Shown here: one piece after another, positions 21,462 to 30,473 of the stretch
Layout of the letters: each line of letters starts with the position of its first letter
Position numbering within the stretch: position 1 is the first letter of the stretch
Assembly (NCBI GenBank): GCA_964489445.1
Contig: CAZAYU010000005.1
Coordinates: 68,799 to 132,798 of the forward strand
Length of the DNA stretch: 64,000 nucleotides
Reading direction: 5' to 3'
Source of the DNA: an uncultured Planctomycetia bacterium
GTDB lineage: Bacteria; Omnitrophota; Gorgyraeia; Duberdicusellales; 4484-171
Notes under the pieces: model-generated
Databases searched by the model: none
What the model saw: the letters and a program-made list of their open reading frames with translations, nothing else
What the model was told of the DNA's origin: nothing
Position numbers and translations under genes: made by a program

Positions 21462-21815
21462 TTATTCCATACAACAAAGTTTTTCTCTGTTAGCTCTCTT
21501 AATTTTAACAATATCCTGCTTAATAAGAGTATCGTCATTTAGCCATTTCTTCATCAGAGACAAAATAGCCCTTGAATATGTACTTCTTGGTTTAAGAACA
21601 TAATTCGTCCAAAAACTATCCTGTTGAGCTTCAATAAGACCGGCTTTTTTTAGTTTTTTCAAATGACGTGAAACGCTAGGCTGTGTTATCCCCAAGACAA
21701 AAGCGATTTCACAAACACAAAGATTTCGCCTCTCAAGCAGTTTTAAAATCCTAATCCTATTTTTATCAGCACATGCCTTTAATACTTTCTCAAAATCATC
21801 CATAAATATCTCCAA
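21462..21815 (-). CDS. arsR: ArsR/SmtB transcriptional repressor
   Basis: NLCVCEI, QPSVSRHLK, C-terminal CC; true start may be ATG 21803. Confidence 0.92.
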   Translation of the reverse strand: MEIFMDDFEKVLKACADKNRIRILKLLERRNLCVCEIAFVLGITQPSVSRHLKKLKKAGLIEAQQDSFWTNYVLKPRSTYSRAILSLMKKWLNDDTLIKQDIVKIKRANREKLCCME

Positions 21816-21818
21816 TAT

Positions 21819-21842
21819 CTACATAGCAGAATAGCTATATAG
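21819..21842. promoter_or_regulatory. Putative ArsR operator (imperfect inverted repeat)
   Basis: CTACATAGC-AGAATA-GCTATATAG immediately upstream of arsR. Confidence 0.6.
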
Positions 21843-21914
21843 TAACACACAGGACATACCTCCGTCAATACAATTAATCGCTAGCGATAAAGGGAGATAA
21901 ACCATCGGCCTAAA

Positions 21915-21983
21915 ACCATTTAATCGGATTTCTGAGAGATATGGTTTATGATTGGAATTTGAGCCTCAAAAGAGGCTCAAACT
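21915..21983 (+). repeat. Scar family A copy 2 (long-hairpin variant ending TTTGAGCCTC-AAAA-GAGGCTCAAACT)
   Basis: Homologous over ~70 bp to 35586-35655. Confidence 0.78.
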
Positions 21984-22000
21984 ATTAAGAATGCATAAGT

Positions 22001-22050
22001 GCTGAGCGAGTGAAACTTGTCCTGAACTTGTCGAAGGAACGAGTCGAACC
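22001..22050. repeat. Nested REP-like element
   Basis: GTCCTGAACTTGTCGAAGGA nested within GCTGAGCGAGTG...ACGAGTCGAACC. Confidence 0.4.
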
Positions 22051-22360
22051 ATTGTCCAGCCTTTGTCCAGAGATATTCGAACTCGTCAAAAATGTCCCCA
22101 ATCCCTCCTCTTTTTAGATAAAATATTTGCAGTACCTTTTTATGGCTTTTTATATTTATAAATAGCTGTAATTATGCCATATATTAACTATGGAACAAAA
22201 CCAAAACAGTTTTATTTGAAATAAAAAGTGAAGATTTATAGAGTAAGGCTAAAACTAGGTCTGAATCTGTTATACTCAGGATAACATCAACAAGTTATTA
22301 AGTTAACTGTCCTATTTAGAAGCGTAAGTTGAAAATTGCATCCAGCACGATTACGCTTGC

Positions 22361-23704
22361 CTACTTACTTAGAAAAGATTTAATAGCGTTAAACTTATCT
22401 TCAGGCTTCTCTTTTGATGTATTATCTTTTTCCGTTTCTTCCGCTAACGGTTTATTTAAAAAATCGCTTAAAGCTCCTGCGCCTTCTTTATTTATGTTCT
22501 CCATAACATCCTTAAGCTGCTTTTTCGCTAGATCTTTAAGCACATCTTGAAATCCGTCAAATTTAGGGTTATCAATAGTACCGGTAATATCGAATTTCAT
22601 TTCTGCCGGATTAATCTTGTTTAAAGCAGCACAAATAACCGACAAAGACATCATTCCTGGACTGCCTAGTTTTTCGTTCTTGGCTACTAAATTATGTTCC
22701 TTTAAAGTAATCGAATTATTAGAATTTAATTCCTCATTAATGATTTCGGTCTGTGATGTTATATCTAAAACACCCTTGGTGAAATTCACCGGCAGAGAGT
22801 CTTTATAAATAGCACGGATTGCTATAAGGTCGACGTTTTTTGCCAACAATCTATATTGGTAAATCTGCTTGCTTTTTTTAAAACTTTGACTATAACCTAC
22901 TTCAAATTCTCCTGCTGATATACCGTTTTTGTCTATTATCGCCTGAATAGCCAACTGATTCAACGATACCCCCTGACTTAGATCTAAACTTAAACCTTTA
23001 ATCTTGCCGCCAGCATTACTGATATTAATTGTTTCACTATTGCCTAGGTCTAAAATGAAGCTTGAATTTTTTAAGTTGAGTTCTTTTATTTGGAATAAAT
23101 ATTTTTTTCGGGCAGAATTAAATTCTACTCTCCGGCCAATTGGTTGTGTTGGTATTTTTTTTGCTGTTTTTGTCATTTTTTTAGATTCTACAGATTCATT
23201 TTTTTGGGATCTTTTTGAGGCTTTATTTTTAGCTATTTTATATATTTTACTAAACCAATCTTTATTATCATCTTTTTTTAATCCAGATTCTTTTCTTGTA
23301 ACATTCCCCGACTTTTTTTCTGCCACTGCTATTCTTTGAATATTAAAACTCCCATCCGGTTCACCTTTTAAATTCATTTCAGCGCCGGATATATTCAAAG
23401 AGGTTATTACAATCCGCTTAGACAAAAGGCCTAATAAACCTATCCTTAAAGAGGCTTTACTAACGCTAGCCATACGGACATTTTCATCTTCAGGATCGAA
23501 AATCTTTATACCTTTTAGGGAACAGCTAAGCGTCACTGGCCATATACGCATTTGGTCTACAGTTACTTTTGCCGAAGTATGTTCACTGAGAGCAACTAAA
23601 ATTTTGTTTTTAACAAAAGGCGATATTAAAAAACCGAAAGACACTTGGATTAAAACCAAGACTGTTAAGATAATAATAATACCTTTAATATTTATAATTT
23701 TCAT
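22361..23704 (-). CDS. AsmA-like / TIGR03545-like protein
   Basis: N-terminal anchor, beta-rich repeats, DGSFNI and ITGTIDNPKF; paired with a TIGR03546-like gene. Confidence 0.7.
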   Translation of the reverse strand: MKIINIKGIIIILTVLVLIQVSFGFLISPFVKNKILVALSEHTSAKVTVDQMRIWPVTLSCSLKGIKIFDPEDENVRMASVSKASLRIGLLGLLSKRIVITSLNISGAEMNLKGEPDGSFNIQRIAVAEKKSGNVTRKESGLKKDDNKDWFSKIYKIAKNKASKRSQKNESVESKKMTKTAKKIPTQPIGRRVEFNSARKKYLFQIKELNLKNSSFILDLGNSETINISNAGGKIKGLSLDLSQGVSLNQLAIQAIIDKNGISAGEFEVGYSQSFKKSKQIYQYRLLAKNVDLIAIRAIYKDSLPVNFTKGVLDITSQTEIINEELNSNNSITLKEHNLVAKNEKLGSPGMMSLSVICAALNKINPAEMKFDITGTIDNPKFDGFQDVLKDLAKKQLKDVMENINKEGAGALSDFLNKPLAEETEKDNTSKEKPEDKFNAIKSFLSK

Positions 23705-23711
23705 AATTTTA

Positions 23712-24239
23712 TTACACTGTTTTAGTAATCGCCAATATTTTTTTAACCAGCGGTATTTTCATGAGTAATTTGTAAGCTTTTGAATTCTTCATGTTCTCTA
23801 AATACTTGCCACGAAAAACAATAACGGCTTTTCTTGATATAAAAAATACCGGTAAAGAAAGAACTACTGATAAAGCCAGCCCGCCGCAAACAAGAGTATT
23901 ATTTAAATCCATCAAAGCAAAAACAGGTAAACCAACGATTATCTCCCAGAAGGAAGTTAACCAATTAAGATCTAGAAGCAGGTAGCCCCCAAGTTTATCC
24001 GTGAGTGCACTTATTCCCAATACATATAACAATTTGAATAAGGGCAATATTAGTAATGTGGCTAAGCGGTTTATTTTAAAAACAAAAAAACCAATAACTA
24101 AAAATATTGTCATTGATCCGTTTAGCGGTATAAATCCAAAAAATATTCCTAAGCAAAAACCGGCTGCAATCTCGTCGGGTGAAACGTTAGAACTTAACAG
24201 TTTTACCAGTTTTTTAGGCAGATTAAATATTGTGAGCAT
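23712..24239 (-). CDS. TIGR03546/DUF2062 family membrane protein
   Basis: LSSNVSPDEIAAGFCLGIFFGFIP, LNNTLVCGG. Confidence 0.8.
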   Translation of the reverse strand: MLTIFNLPKKLVKLLSSNVSPDEIAAGFCLGIFFGFIPLNGSMTIFLVIGFFVFKINRLATLLILPLFKLLYVLGISALTDKLGGYLLLDLNWLTSFWEIIVGLPVFALMDLNNTLVCGGLALSVVLSLPVFFISRKAVIVFRGKYLENMKNSKAYKLLMKIPLVKKILAITKTV

Positions 24240-24511
24240 TTATATATTATATCCCTATCGACTCCATAAACAAGCATAATAAAATGACTACTTTTCAGGC
24301 ATCAGGAATGTATAAAAATATAGTTTCTCAATCACGGATTACCTGATCAGCTATTTTTTAAATCCGGCAATCTTGTCTTTACTCGCTCGTTGCTTCACCA
24401 ACGGCATCTTTTGCTTTGGCAGTTAAGACTTGCCTTGCTTTTTCCAATTAATATCTGGATACCAAAAACACCTCTCTATTTCCCTTGATATTTCTCGATA
24501 TATATAGAAAC

Positions 24512-24548
24512 AAAAAGCCTCGTAGCATTTTACTGCTGCGAGGCTTTT
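24512..24548 (-). terminator. Intrinsic terminator
   Basis: AAAAGCCTCGTAGCA/TGCTGCGAGGCTTTT stem with flanking A/T tracts. Confidence 0.85.
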
Positions 24549-24553
24549 ATAAG

Positions 24554-24578
24554 TGGTTCCCAGACCTGGGTTTGAACC
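24554..24578 (-). other. tRNA 3'-end fragment (Leu-like), att scar
   Basis: Minus strand reads GGTTCAAACCCAGGTCTGGGAACCA (T loop, acceptor strand, CCA); no 5' half. Confidence 0.75.
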
Positions 24579-24584
24579 TAAAAC

Positions 24585-25277
24585 TTATTTAAGTTTCAAT
24601 GGTTTAAAGCAAATAAACCAATCAAGACATTTGATACCTTCTTTTTCAGCTCCATCAACTCTATCTTTGGCCGTGCCGCAGCTTCCTGGAGGAGGAACTA
24701 TAACATCCTCTCCTGGCTGCCAATCAGCAGGCGTAGCCACACTATGCTTATCTCCAGTCTGCATAGAAATGAGCAACCGCTTTATCTCCTGGAAATTTCT
24801 TCCGGAAGATGACGGGTAATACATTAAGGCCCTGACTATTTGCTTCGGGTCTATAAAAAATACGGCTCTGACTGCGCTCGAATTGCTAGCTGAGGGCTGA
24901 ACCATACCAAATTTCTTGGCTACATCCATTGTCAAATCCGCTATAACAGGGAAATTCACCTCTACATTCTTCATCCCCTTATACTCGATCTTCTCTTGTA
25001 TAGTTCTTAGCCAAGCAATATGGCTATAATGGCTATCAATTGAAAGTCCGATCAGCTCACAATTCAATGCTTTAAATTCTTTTTCCATTGAAGCAAAGGT
25101 CATAAACTCGGTTGTGCAAACTGGTGTAAAATCAGCCGGATGACTAAATAATATTACCCATTTATCCTTATAATCTTCAGGAAACTTAATAGGTCCTTGC
25201 GTTGTATCCGCCTTGAATGAAGGGGCTGTTTCACCGATAACAGGCATGTGTACTCTTTCGCAAACATTTTCTTCCAT
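24585..25277 (-). CDS. Peroxiredoxin (Prx6/TDXH type)
   Basis: HPADFTPVCTTE, TPADWQPG, C-terminal CLDWFIC; AAGGAGG RBS before ATG 25277. Confidence 0.93.
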   Translation of the reverse strand: MEENVCERVHMPVIGETAPSFKADTTQGPIKFPEDYKDKWVILFSHPADFTPVCTTEFMTFASMEKEFKALNCELIGLSIDSHYSHIAWLRTIQEKIEYKGMKNVEVNFPVIADLTMDVAKKFGMVQPSASNSSAVRAVFFIDPKQIVRALMYYPSSSGRNFQEIKRLLISMQTGDKHSVATPADWQPGEDVIVPPPGSCGTAKDRVDGAEKEGIKCLDWFICFKPLKLK

Positions 25278-25473
25278 AGCATCCTCCTTTTTTATTTTAA
25301 CTTTGTTCTTTCCGGTATCTGCCATTTTTGAAATGTTTATCAAGCCAACCATTCTTAACTTTTTTCCTCAAATCAAAATACGACACATAAGGCTTTATAT
25401 CAAGCTTGGAATGCCTTTAGTATCCTTATAAGCGTATGGATTACACCTATTGGCATTATAATAATCTCTTTTT

Positions 25474-25794
25474 TCAAAATGTTACCACCTTGTCGCTTTC
25501 TTTGACGATATCATACATGTCCTTCATAGTAGAAATAGGGCACATTTTGGAACCTTCCTGCTCTCTTGATTTAATACAACTACCGCAGGCATATATTTTA
25601 CCTCCAGATTGCATCAGTTTTTCTACCTGTTCAATAGTATTAAATTTTTCATTGCTTATTATTTGATACTCAACACCTTTACCCATAAAGAAAATCTTAA
25701 CCTCATCTTTCTGACCTAGGCTAAAATTTGCATACCTTAAAGCATTCCAGCAAGTCTCTGCATCATTACTTGAAATAATCACGCCAATTTTCAT
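25474..25794 (-). CDS. DsrE/DsrF-like family protein
   Basis: NALRYAN, FFMGKGVE, YACGSCIKSR, SDKVVTF; RBS before ATG 25794. Confidence 0.88.
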   Translation of the reverse strand: MKIGVIISSNDAETCWNALRYANFSLGQKDEVKIFFMGKGVEYQIISNEKFNTIEQVEKLMQSGGKIYACGSCIKSREQEGSKMCPISTMKDMYDIVKESDKVVTF

Positions 25795-25952
25795 ATAATC
25801 TACTCCTCTGTTATTTATATATTCCAAACTGTTAACAATAACGGATCGCTATTATTATACCCTGTTTTTGATATAAACTGAATTACTGGATAGACAAAAA
25901 ACAGAATCATTAGAAGAATAAGAGCGCCGTGAAGACAAACGAACACCACGTC

Positions 25953-27851
25953 TTACGTATTGTTCGACAACCCCTCCAAATATTCCCACCGCTGATAAAC
26001 AGCAAGCAATTCATCCTCAATCAACCCTAACTGAGTTTTTGCCTGAAGAATCTCGTTTGGATCTTTTTTAAAGAAATCAGGCATCGACATGATTTCCATA
26101 AGTGCATTTTGCTTACTCTCTATTTTCTCAATAACCGAGGTAAAGTTTTTCAGCTCGCGCTTCTCATTAAAGCTGAGAACCCGAAGCTTATCTGCCTGTG
26201 CAGGAGTATCCTTCTTCGAAGGAGCATCCTTTAAGACCTTAGCCACTTCTTCACTCTTTCGACTTACTTTCAACCAATCATCATAACCACCAACATATTC
26301 ACCCACGTCACCCTTGCCGTTTAAAACAATTGTGGAAGTTACGACATTGTTAAGAAATGCACGATCATGACTCACAAGCAAAAGCGTACCCTTATATTCT
26401 AAAAGCAATCCCTCTAATAATTCCAATGTTTCGACATCCAAGTCATTTGTTGGCTCATCCATCACCAATAAGTTAAATGGCTGTGTAAATAAACGTGCCA
26501 ACAGCAGCCGATTCCGTTCCCCGCCAGAGAGAACCTTAACCGGCGTACGTGACCGTTCGGGCGAAAAAAGGAAATCCTGCAAATAGCCAATAGCATGACG
26601 TTTTTGTCCATCAATTATGACCACATCTCCACCGTCGCAGACATTTTCCATGACCGTTTTGCTATCATCTAATTGTACACGCAATTGATCAAAATAAGCG
26701 ACCTGTAAGTTTGTTCCCATCTGAATAGACCCTTGTGAAGGCACAAGTTTTCCTAAAATAAGATTAATCAAAGTTGTTTTCCCGGATCCATTGGATCCCA
26801 TCAATCCAATCTTATCCCCTCGCATAATGTGTGTCGAGAAATCACGTACAAGACATTGATCATTATAACTAAAGGTTAAGTTTTTTGTCTTTACGGCCAT
26901 CTGGCCTGAACGATCAGATTCCTGTGCTTTCATGCGAACTTGACCTACCTGCTGACGTTGAGCCTTTTTCTCTTCCCTCATCTTCTCGAGAGCACGTACA
27001 CGGCCTTCATTACGTGTTCGCCGTGCCTTAATGCCTTTTCGTACCCACACCTCTTCCAATGATAATTTCTTGGCAAATTCGATCCGCTGGGTTGCTTCCG
27101 CCTCCAAAGCGGCTTCTTTGCGCTGAAGAAACGTATCATAATCACATGACCATGAAAAAAGATTTCCTCTATCTAATTCCACAATCTTCGTCGCCAAATG
27201 GGTCATAAACATGCGATCATGCGTTACAAAAAGAATCGTGCCGTGATAATCTTTCAAGAACCCTTCCAACCATTCAATCGTTTCAATATCCAAATGATTC
27301 GTAGGTTCATCAAGCAATAATACCTCTGGATTCAAAACCAAAGCCTTAGCTAAAAGAACCCTTCTCTTTTGCCCACCGGATAAATTTTTAAATTCATCAT
27401 CTCCGTCTAATTTCATATGTGAAAGCACATTCTCTGCAACAGCCTCTAAGTCCCAACCATTGGTATGATTAAGCTCATCCTGCAAACGGTCTAATTTCTT
27501 CATCAAAGACGGAATGTGTTCTGTATGCAAACGGTGCACAACATGATGGTAATCTTTAAGTAATTGAGCTCGTTCACCCAGCCCTGAGAAAACAACATCA
27601 AATACAGTTCCTTCAATATCTTGCGAAACCTCTTGGGGAAGGTGCGTTACTTTAATTCCTTTTTGATAAATAATCTTTCCTTGATCAAGCTTGATTTGCC
27701 TTGCAAGAACCTTCATCAGCGTTGTTTTCCCAACCCCGTTGCGGCCTAATAACGCCACCCTCTCGCCAGGTTCCAATTGCAAATTCATTCTATCAAAGAG
27801 CAATGGACCTCCAAACGCAAGCGAAACATCTTGTAAACTGATCAATGCCAT
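25953..27851 (-). CDS. uup: ABC-F ATPase Uup
   Basis: Two ABC domains, GIKARRTRNEGRVRALE linker, C-terminal coiled coil ending RWEYLE. Confidence 0.93.
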   Translation of the reverse strand: MALISLQDVSLAFGGPLLFDRMNLQLEPGERVALLGRNGVGKTTLMKVLARQIKLDQGKIIYQKGIKVTHLPQEVSQDIEGTVFDVVFSGLGERAQLLKDYHHVVHRLHTEHIPSLMKKLDRLQDELNHTNGWDLEAVAENVLSHMKLDGDDEFKNLSGGQKRRVLLAKALVLNPEVLLLDEPTNHLDIETIEWLEGFLKDYHGTILFVTHDRMFMTHLATKIVELDRGNLFSWSCDYDTFLQRKEAALEAEATQRIEFAKKLSLEEVWVRKGIKARRTRNEGRVRALEKMREEKKAQRQQVGQVRMKAQESDRSGQMAVKTKNLTFSYNDQCLVRDFSTHIMRGDKIGLMGSNGSGKTTLINLILGKLVPSQGSIQMGTNLQVAYFDQLRVQLDDSKTVMENVCDGGDVVIIDGQKRHAIGYLQDFLFSPERSRTPVKVLSGGERNRLLLARLFTQPFNLLVMDEPTNDLDVETLELLEGLLLEYKGTLLLVSHDRAFLNNVVTSTIVLNGKGDVGEYVGGYDDWLKVSRKSEEVAKVLKDAPSKKDTPAQADKLRVLSFNEKRELKNFTSVIEKIESKQNALMEIMSMPDFFKKDPNEILQAKTQLGLIEDELLAVYQRWEYLEGLSNNT

Positions 27852-27866
27852 ATATATTTCCGTTGT

Positions 27867-28514
27867 TTAAATCTTCTTTAAGATGACCACCTTTTGACCA
27901 TCATCAAAAACTATCTTAAACCCAAACTGCTCGCAGATGTAAGAAAAAGTCTTGGCATGATAAAAACAAACATGACAACTATCATTAGGATAGTTCCAGC
28001 TTGCAAAATCTTCCAGATTGCTCCACCGATTTGTCATGGCAATCAATAAGCCTTCATTCTCCAATAAAGCATGAATCTTCTGTATGTCTTTCCGTGGCTT
28101 AAAGAAATGCTCAAACACTTCCGTGGAGAAAATAAATTCAAATTTCTTTTTTAGCTTATGCTTAACAAAAAATGGATCAAAGTCTTCGCATGTATACCCT
28201 TCTCTCTCCAATAACACAGAAAGGGTTGGATTCGGACCACAGCCATAATCAAGACCCGTCATATCCTTGGTAACAAATTCCAAAGCAGGTTCAATCGCTT
28301 GACGGAGAAACTCAACGTATCCTTCATGTTGAATCCCATTTTGATGCGTAGCATAGCGTGCTTTCTCTGATGCTTTGTCTAAGAGATGTTTTTGATCAAC
28401 ACTGATCAAATGACAGTTTTCACATTGATAATAAATTCTCTTATCAATGCCACTAACAGGCGTCATCGCCTTCTTTGAGTTACATAATTGACATATATTG
28501 TGGAAAAATTCCAT
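27867..28514 (-). CDS. Class I SAM methyltransferase with N-terminal zinc ribbon
   Basis: CQLC...CENC, GLDYGCGP, STEVFEHF. Confidence 0.88.
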   Translation of the reverse strand: MEFFHNICQLCNSKKAMTPVSGIDKRIYYQCENCHLISVDQKHLLDKASEKARYATHQNGIQHEGYVEFLRQAIEPALEFVTKDMTGLDYGCGPNPTLSVLLEREGYTCEDFDPFFVKHKLKKKFEFIFSTEVFEHFFKPRKDIQKIHALLENEGLLIAMTNRWSNLEDFASWNYPNDSCHVCFYHAKTFSYICEQFGFKIVFDDGQKVVILKKI

Positions 28515-28690
28515 GTTGGTATCATAGCGTATTTTTGATCTTTTGCCATATAAACATTACAAATTTATACAAAGACTCTCACTGGTTCGAGACATCACAA
28601 TAACAAAATAAAAATCGTGAAATCGGAAAACACAATACTTATTTATTCCAGCCCATAAACAGAAAAAGACAATCACTTTTGAACAAATAT

Positions 28691-28738
28691 AAAAATCCCG
28701 TCCAGATTAATGGAAGGGATTATGAAAAAACTCCCCGG
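28691..28738 (+). repeat. Hairpin + AACTCCCCG core (truncated scar)
   Basis: ATCCCGTCCA/TGGAAGGGAT stem followed by the shared core at 28729. Confidence 0.65.
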
Positions 28739-28744
28739 GAATTA

Positions 28745-29110
28745 CCATTAGAGAAAGGAACGAAAGGTATCTTGGCTATCTTATCGACCGCCTCGATTGT
28801 TTCCTCAACGCTTGAATATTTTCCGCACCGATCAAGCACACACTGATTACCGCTTTCGAGGCCCATGTAGATGAGGCTTAGCTTATGCTTGTATATCTCT
28901 GCTAGTTCATGATTATTTTTTTCTTGCGATATTGCCTCCGTTCGCGTAACTTGAAATGCGGGTTAGCCGAAAAAAAGCGACTCCAGTTCTTCTAAGATAG
29001 GAACAAGCTTACTATTAGCCAAGACAAGGGCATCTCCCATCCATAAGAAAAATACGCCGCAAATACTGCAGCTATCCGCTTCCGCCAGTGGTCTTATACC
29101 AGGCTCGACT
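28745..29110 (-). pseudogene. Decayed, internally deleted radical SAM gene
   Basis: Fragments RPLAEADS, GDALVLANSKLVPILEEL and LIYMGLESGNQCVLDR; internal stop; no CxxxCxxC. Confidence 0.7.
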
Positions 29111-29714
29111 ATTGACATCTTATGTCCAGTAATTTGGTAACTATCTTCTGCAGATCTGTTATCCCGATATTCTTTTTTGAGCTGACCCAAGAGATATCAC
29201 AAGTATCAACAACAAGTTCGACGACAATATCCTTTTTTCTCTGGTTAAGTTTTGAAGGCCTTATCTTGTCGATCTTGTTTACGATGATACTAAGGGGGAG
29301 TGAGTAGTGTTTAAGCCAATCGATCATTATAATATCCAGCTTTGTCGGTCCCGCAACAGCATCGATAATAACAAATATCATGCGCAGCTTCTCCCTGCTG
29401 CTCAGATATCCTTCTATTATCAGGCCTAATCGTTTCTTTTTGTGTCTTAGCCCGACAGCGTATCCATAACCGGGGAGATCGACTATCCAACGGCCACGCT
29501 TGACTTCGTAAACATTAATAGTCCTTGTCTTTCCCGGGACCTGCGAGGCATGTGCCATTTTCTTTTTTTGGCATAGAGTGTTGATGAGAGTGCTTTTGCC
29601 TACATTAGACCGTCCGACGAAAGATACTTCCGCCTCACTCTCTCCGAGCTTCAGAGCATCAGCTTCGGTCTTTAAATATTTGGTGTCGCGTAATATCTTC
29701 TGAGTTGTATTCAT
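29109..29714 (-). CDS. engB: Ribosome biogenesis GTPase YihA/YsxC/EngB
   Basis: FVGRSNVGKSTLIN, PGKTR, VDLPGYGY, NKIDK, SSKK. Confidence 0.93.
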   Translation of the reverse strand: MNTTQKILRDTKYLKTEADALKLGESEAEVSFVGRSNVGKSTLINTLCQKKKMAHASQVPGKTRTINVYEVKRGRWIVDLPGYGYAVGLRHKKKRLGLIIEGYLSSREKLRMIFVIIDAVAGPTKLDIIMIDWLKHYSLPLSIIVNKIDKIRPSKLNQRKKDIVVELVVDTCDISWVSSKKNIGITDLQKIVTKLLDIRCQ

Positions 29715-29754
29715 AGATCTTTTTAAAATAGACCGGCAAACCGATCATTGAGCT

Positions 29755-29990
29755 CATAAATGCGCCATACCCCATGTCGATTAATCTTGTCGAATGTCTG
29801 GCCTTGGCCCTTATAAAGAGTTGTGGCTTAAGACCAGCTCACAAAGCCCCGCAACCTCAGCTTCTATCTTATCTTCAGCCTCATTATAACTATACTCTAT
29901 CTTTTGCCACTTCACAACAGGAACATCGTATGTAAGCCCGTTGATATCCACGACTATCGAATCTTTCATAAAGCGATAACTTTGGCAAGC
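29755..29990 (-). pseudogene. PIF1/RecD-like helicase C-terminal fragment
   Basis: WQKIEYSYNEAEDKIEAEVAG then frameshifted ATTLYKGQGQTFDKI / IDMGYGAF (cf. AITIHKSQGQTFD). Confidence 0.72.
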
Positions 29991-30091
29991 GGGCCATTCA
30001 CCCATCTTTTGATGGTAAGGAAAAGATTCAAGCCGGAAGATATTATTCTGAAGCCTTGGTATCTCTCTATTTAAATTTAGAGAGATTATAC

Positions 30092-30177
30092 TGGCTCTCT
30101 GCATTGGACGAGTTTAGCAACTGGCTATATTTAGAGGAAGCAAGAAATTGTCGTACAAATTGCTGGCTATAGCATAA
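30092..30177 (+). repeat. Scar family B copy 2 (WLSALDEFSNWLYLEEAR...)
   Basis: Homologous to 14998 and 31963; preceded by the hairpin ATCTCTCTA/TAGAGAGAT at 30061-30086. Confidence 0.8.
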
Positions 30178-30313
30178 ATCTGAATCGATTATTATACCGT
30201 TTGAACTATACTCAGAGGAGACCGCTCAAAAATACATTGTTTCATTATGGTTTATTACGATATAATAACGCCCAATAGAAACATACGAAAATGACAAAAT
30301 TAGGAGCAACACT

Positions 30314-30420
30314 GTAGATTGAAATGCTATTCAAGAAGCTATTGTAAAAAAGGGTTATCTTGTTAATTCAGAGACAAAGGTTCCTTTGCATAAACACGAT
30401 GAAAAAGATCAGTTCTTTTT
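30314..30420 (+). pseudogene. Truncated relic of a cupin homologous to 15062-15334
   Basis: VD*NAIQEAIVKKGYLVNSETKVPLHKHDEKDQFF vs MDLNSVKESIVTKVYHLTSETKVPLHKHDKQDEIF; AGGAG RBS retained. Confidence 0.85.
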
Positions 30421-30473
30421 CTTTTTCGAACAAGCCTGTGTTAATACTTGAAATTATATAAAGGGTACTAAAA

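Noticed and set aside
24553-24819. + strand ORF MVPRPGFEP...
   Set aside because: Antisense shadow of the tRNA fragment and the peroxiredoxin gene.
28963-29190. 75-aa ORF as an intact gene
   Set aside because: Overlaps engB out of frame and is part of the radical SAM relic.
29811-30104. 97-aa ORF as an intact gene
   Set aside because: Chimera of scar sequence and a frameshifted helicase fragment.
30320-30322. TGA recoding (selenocysteine or alternative genetic code)
   Set aside because: It aligns to Leu in a truncated pseudogene, and TGA serves as a normal stop in many overlapping genes here.
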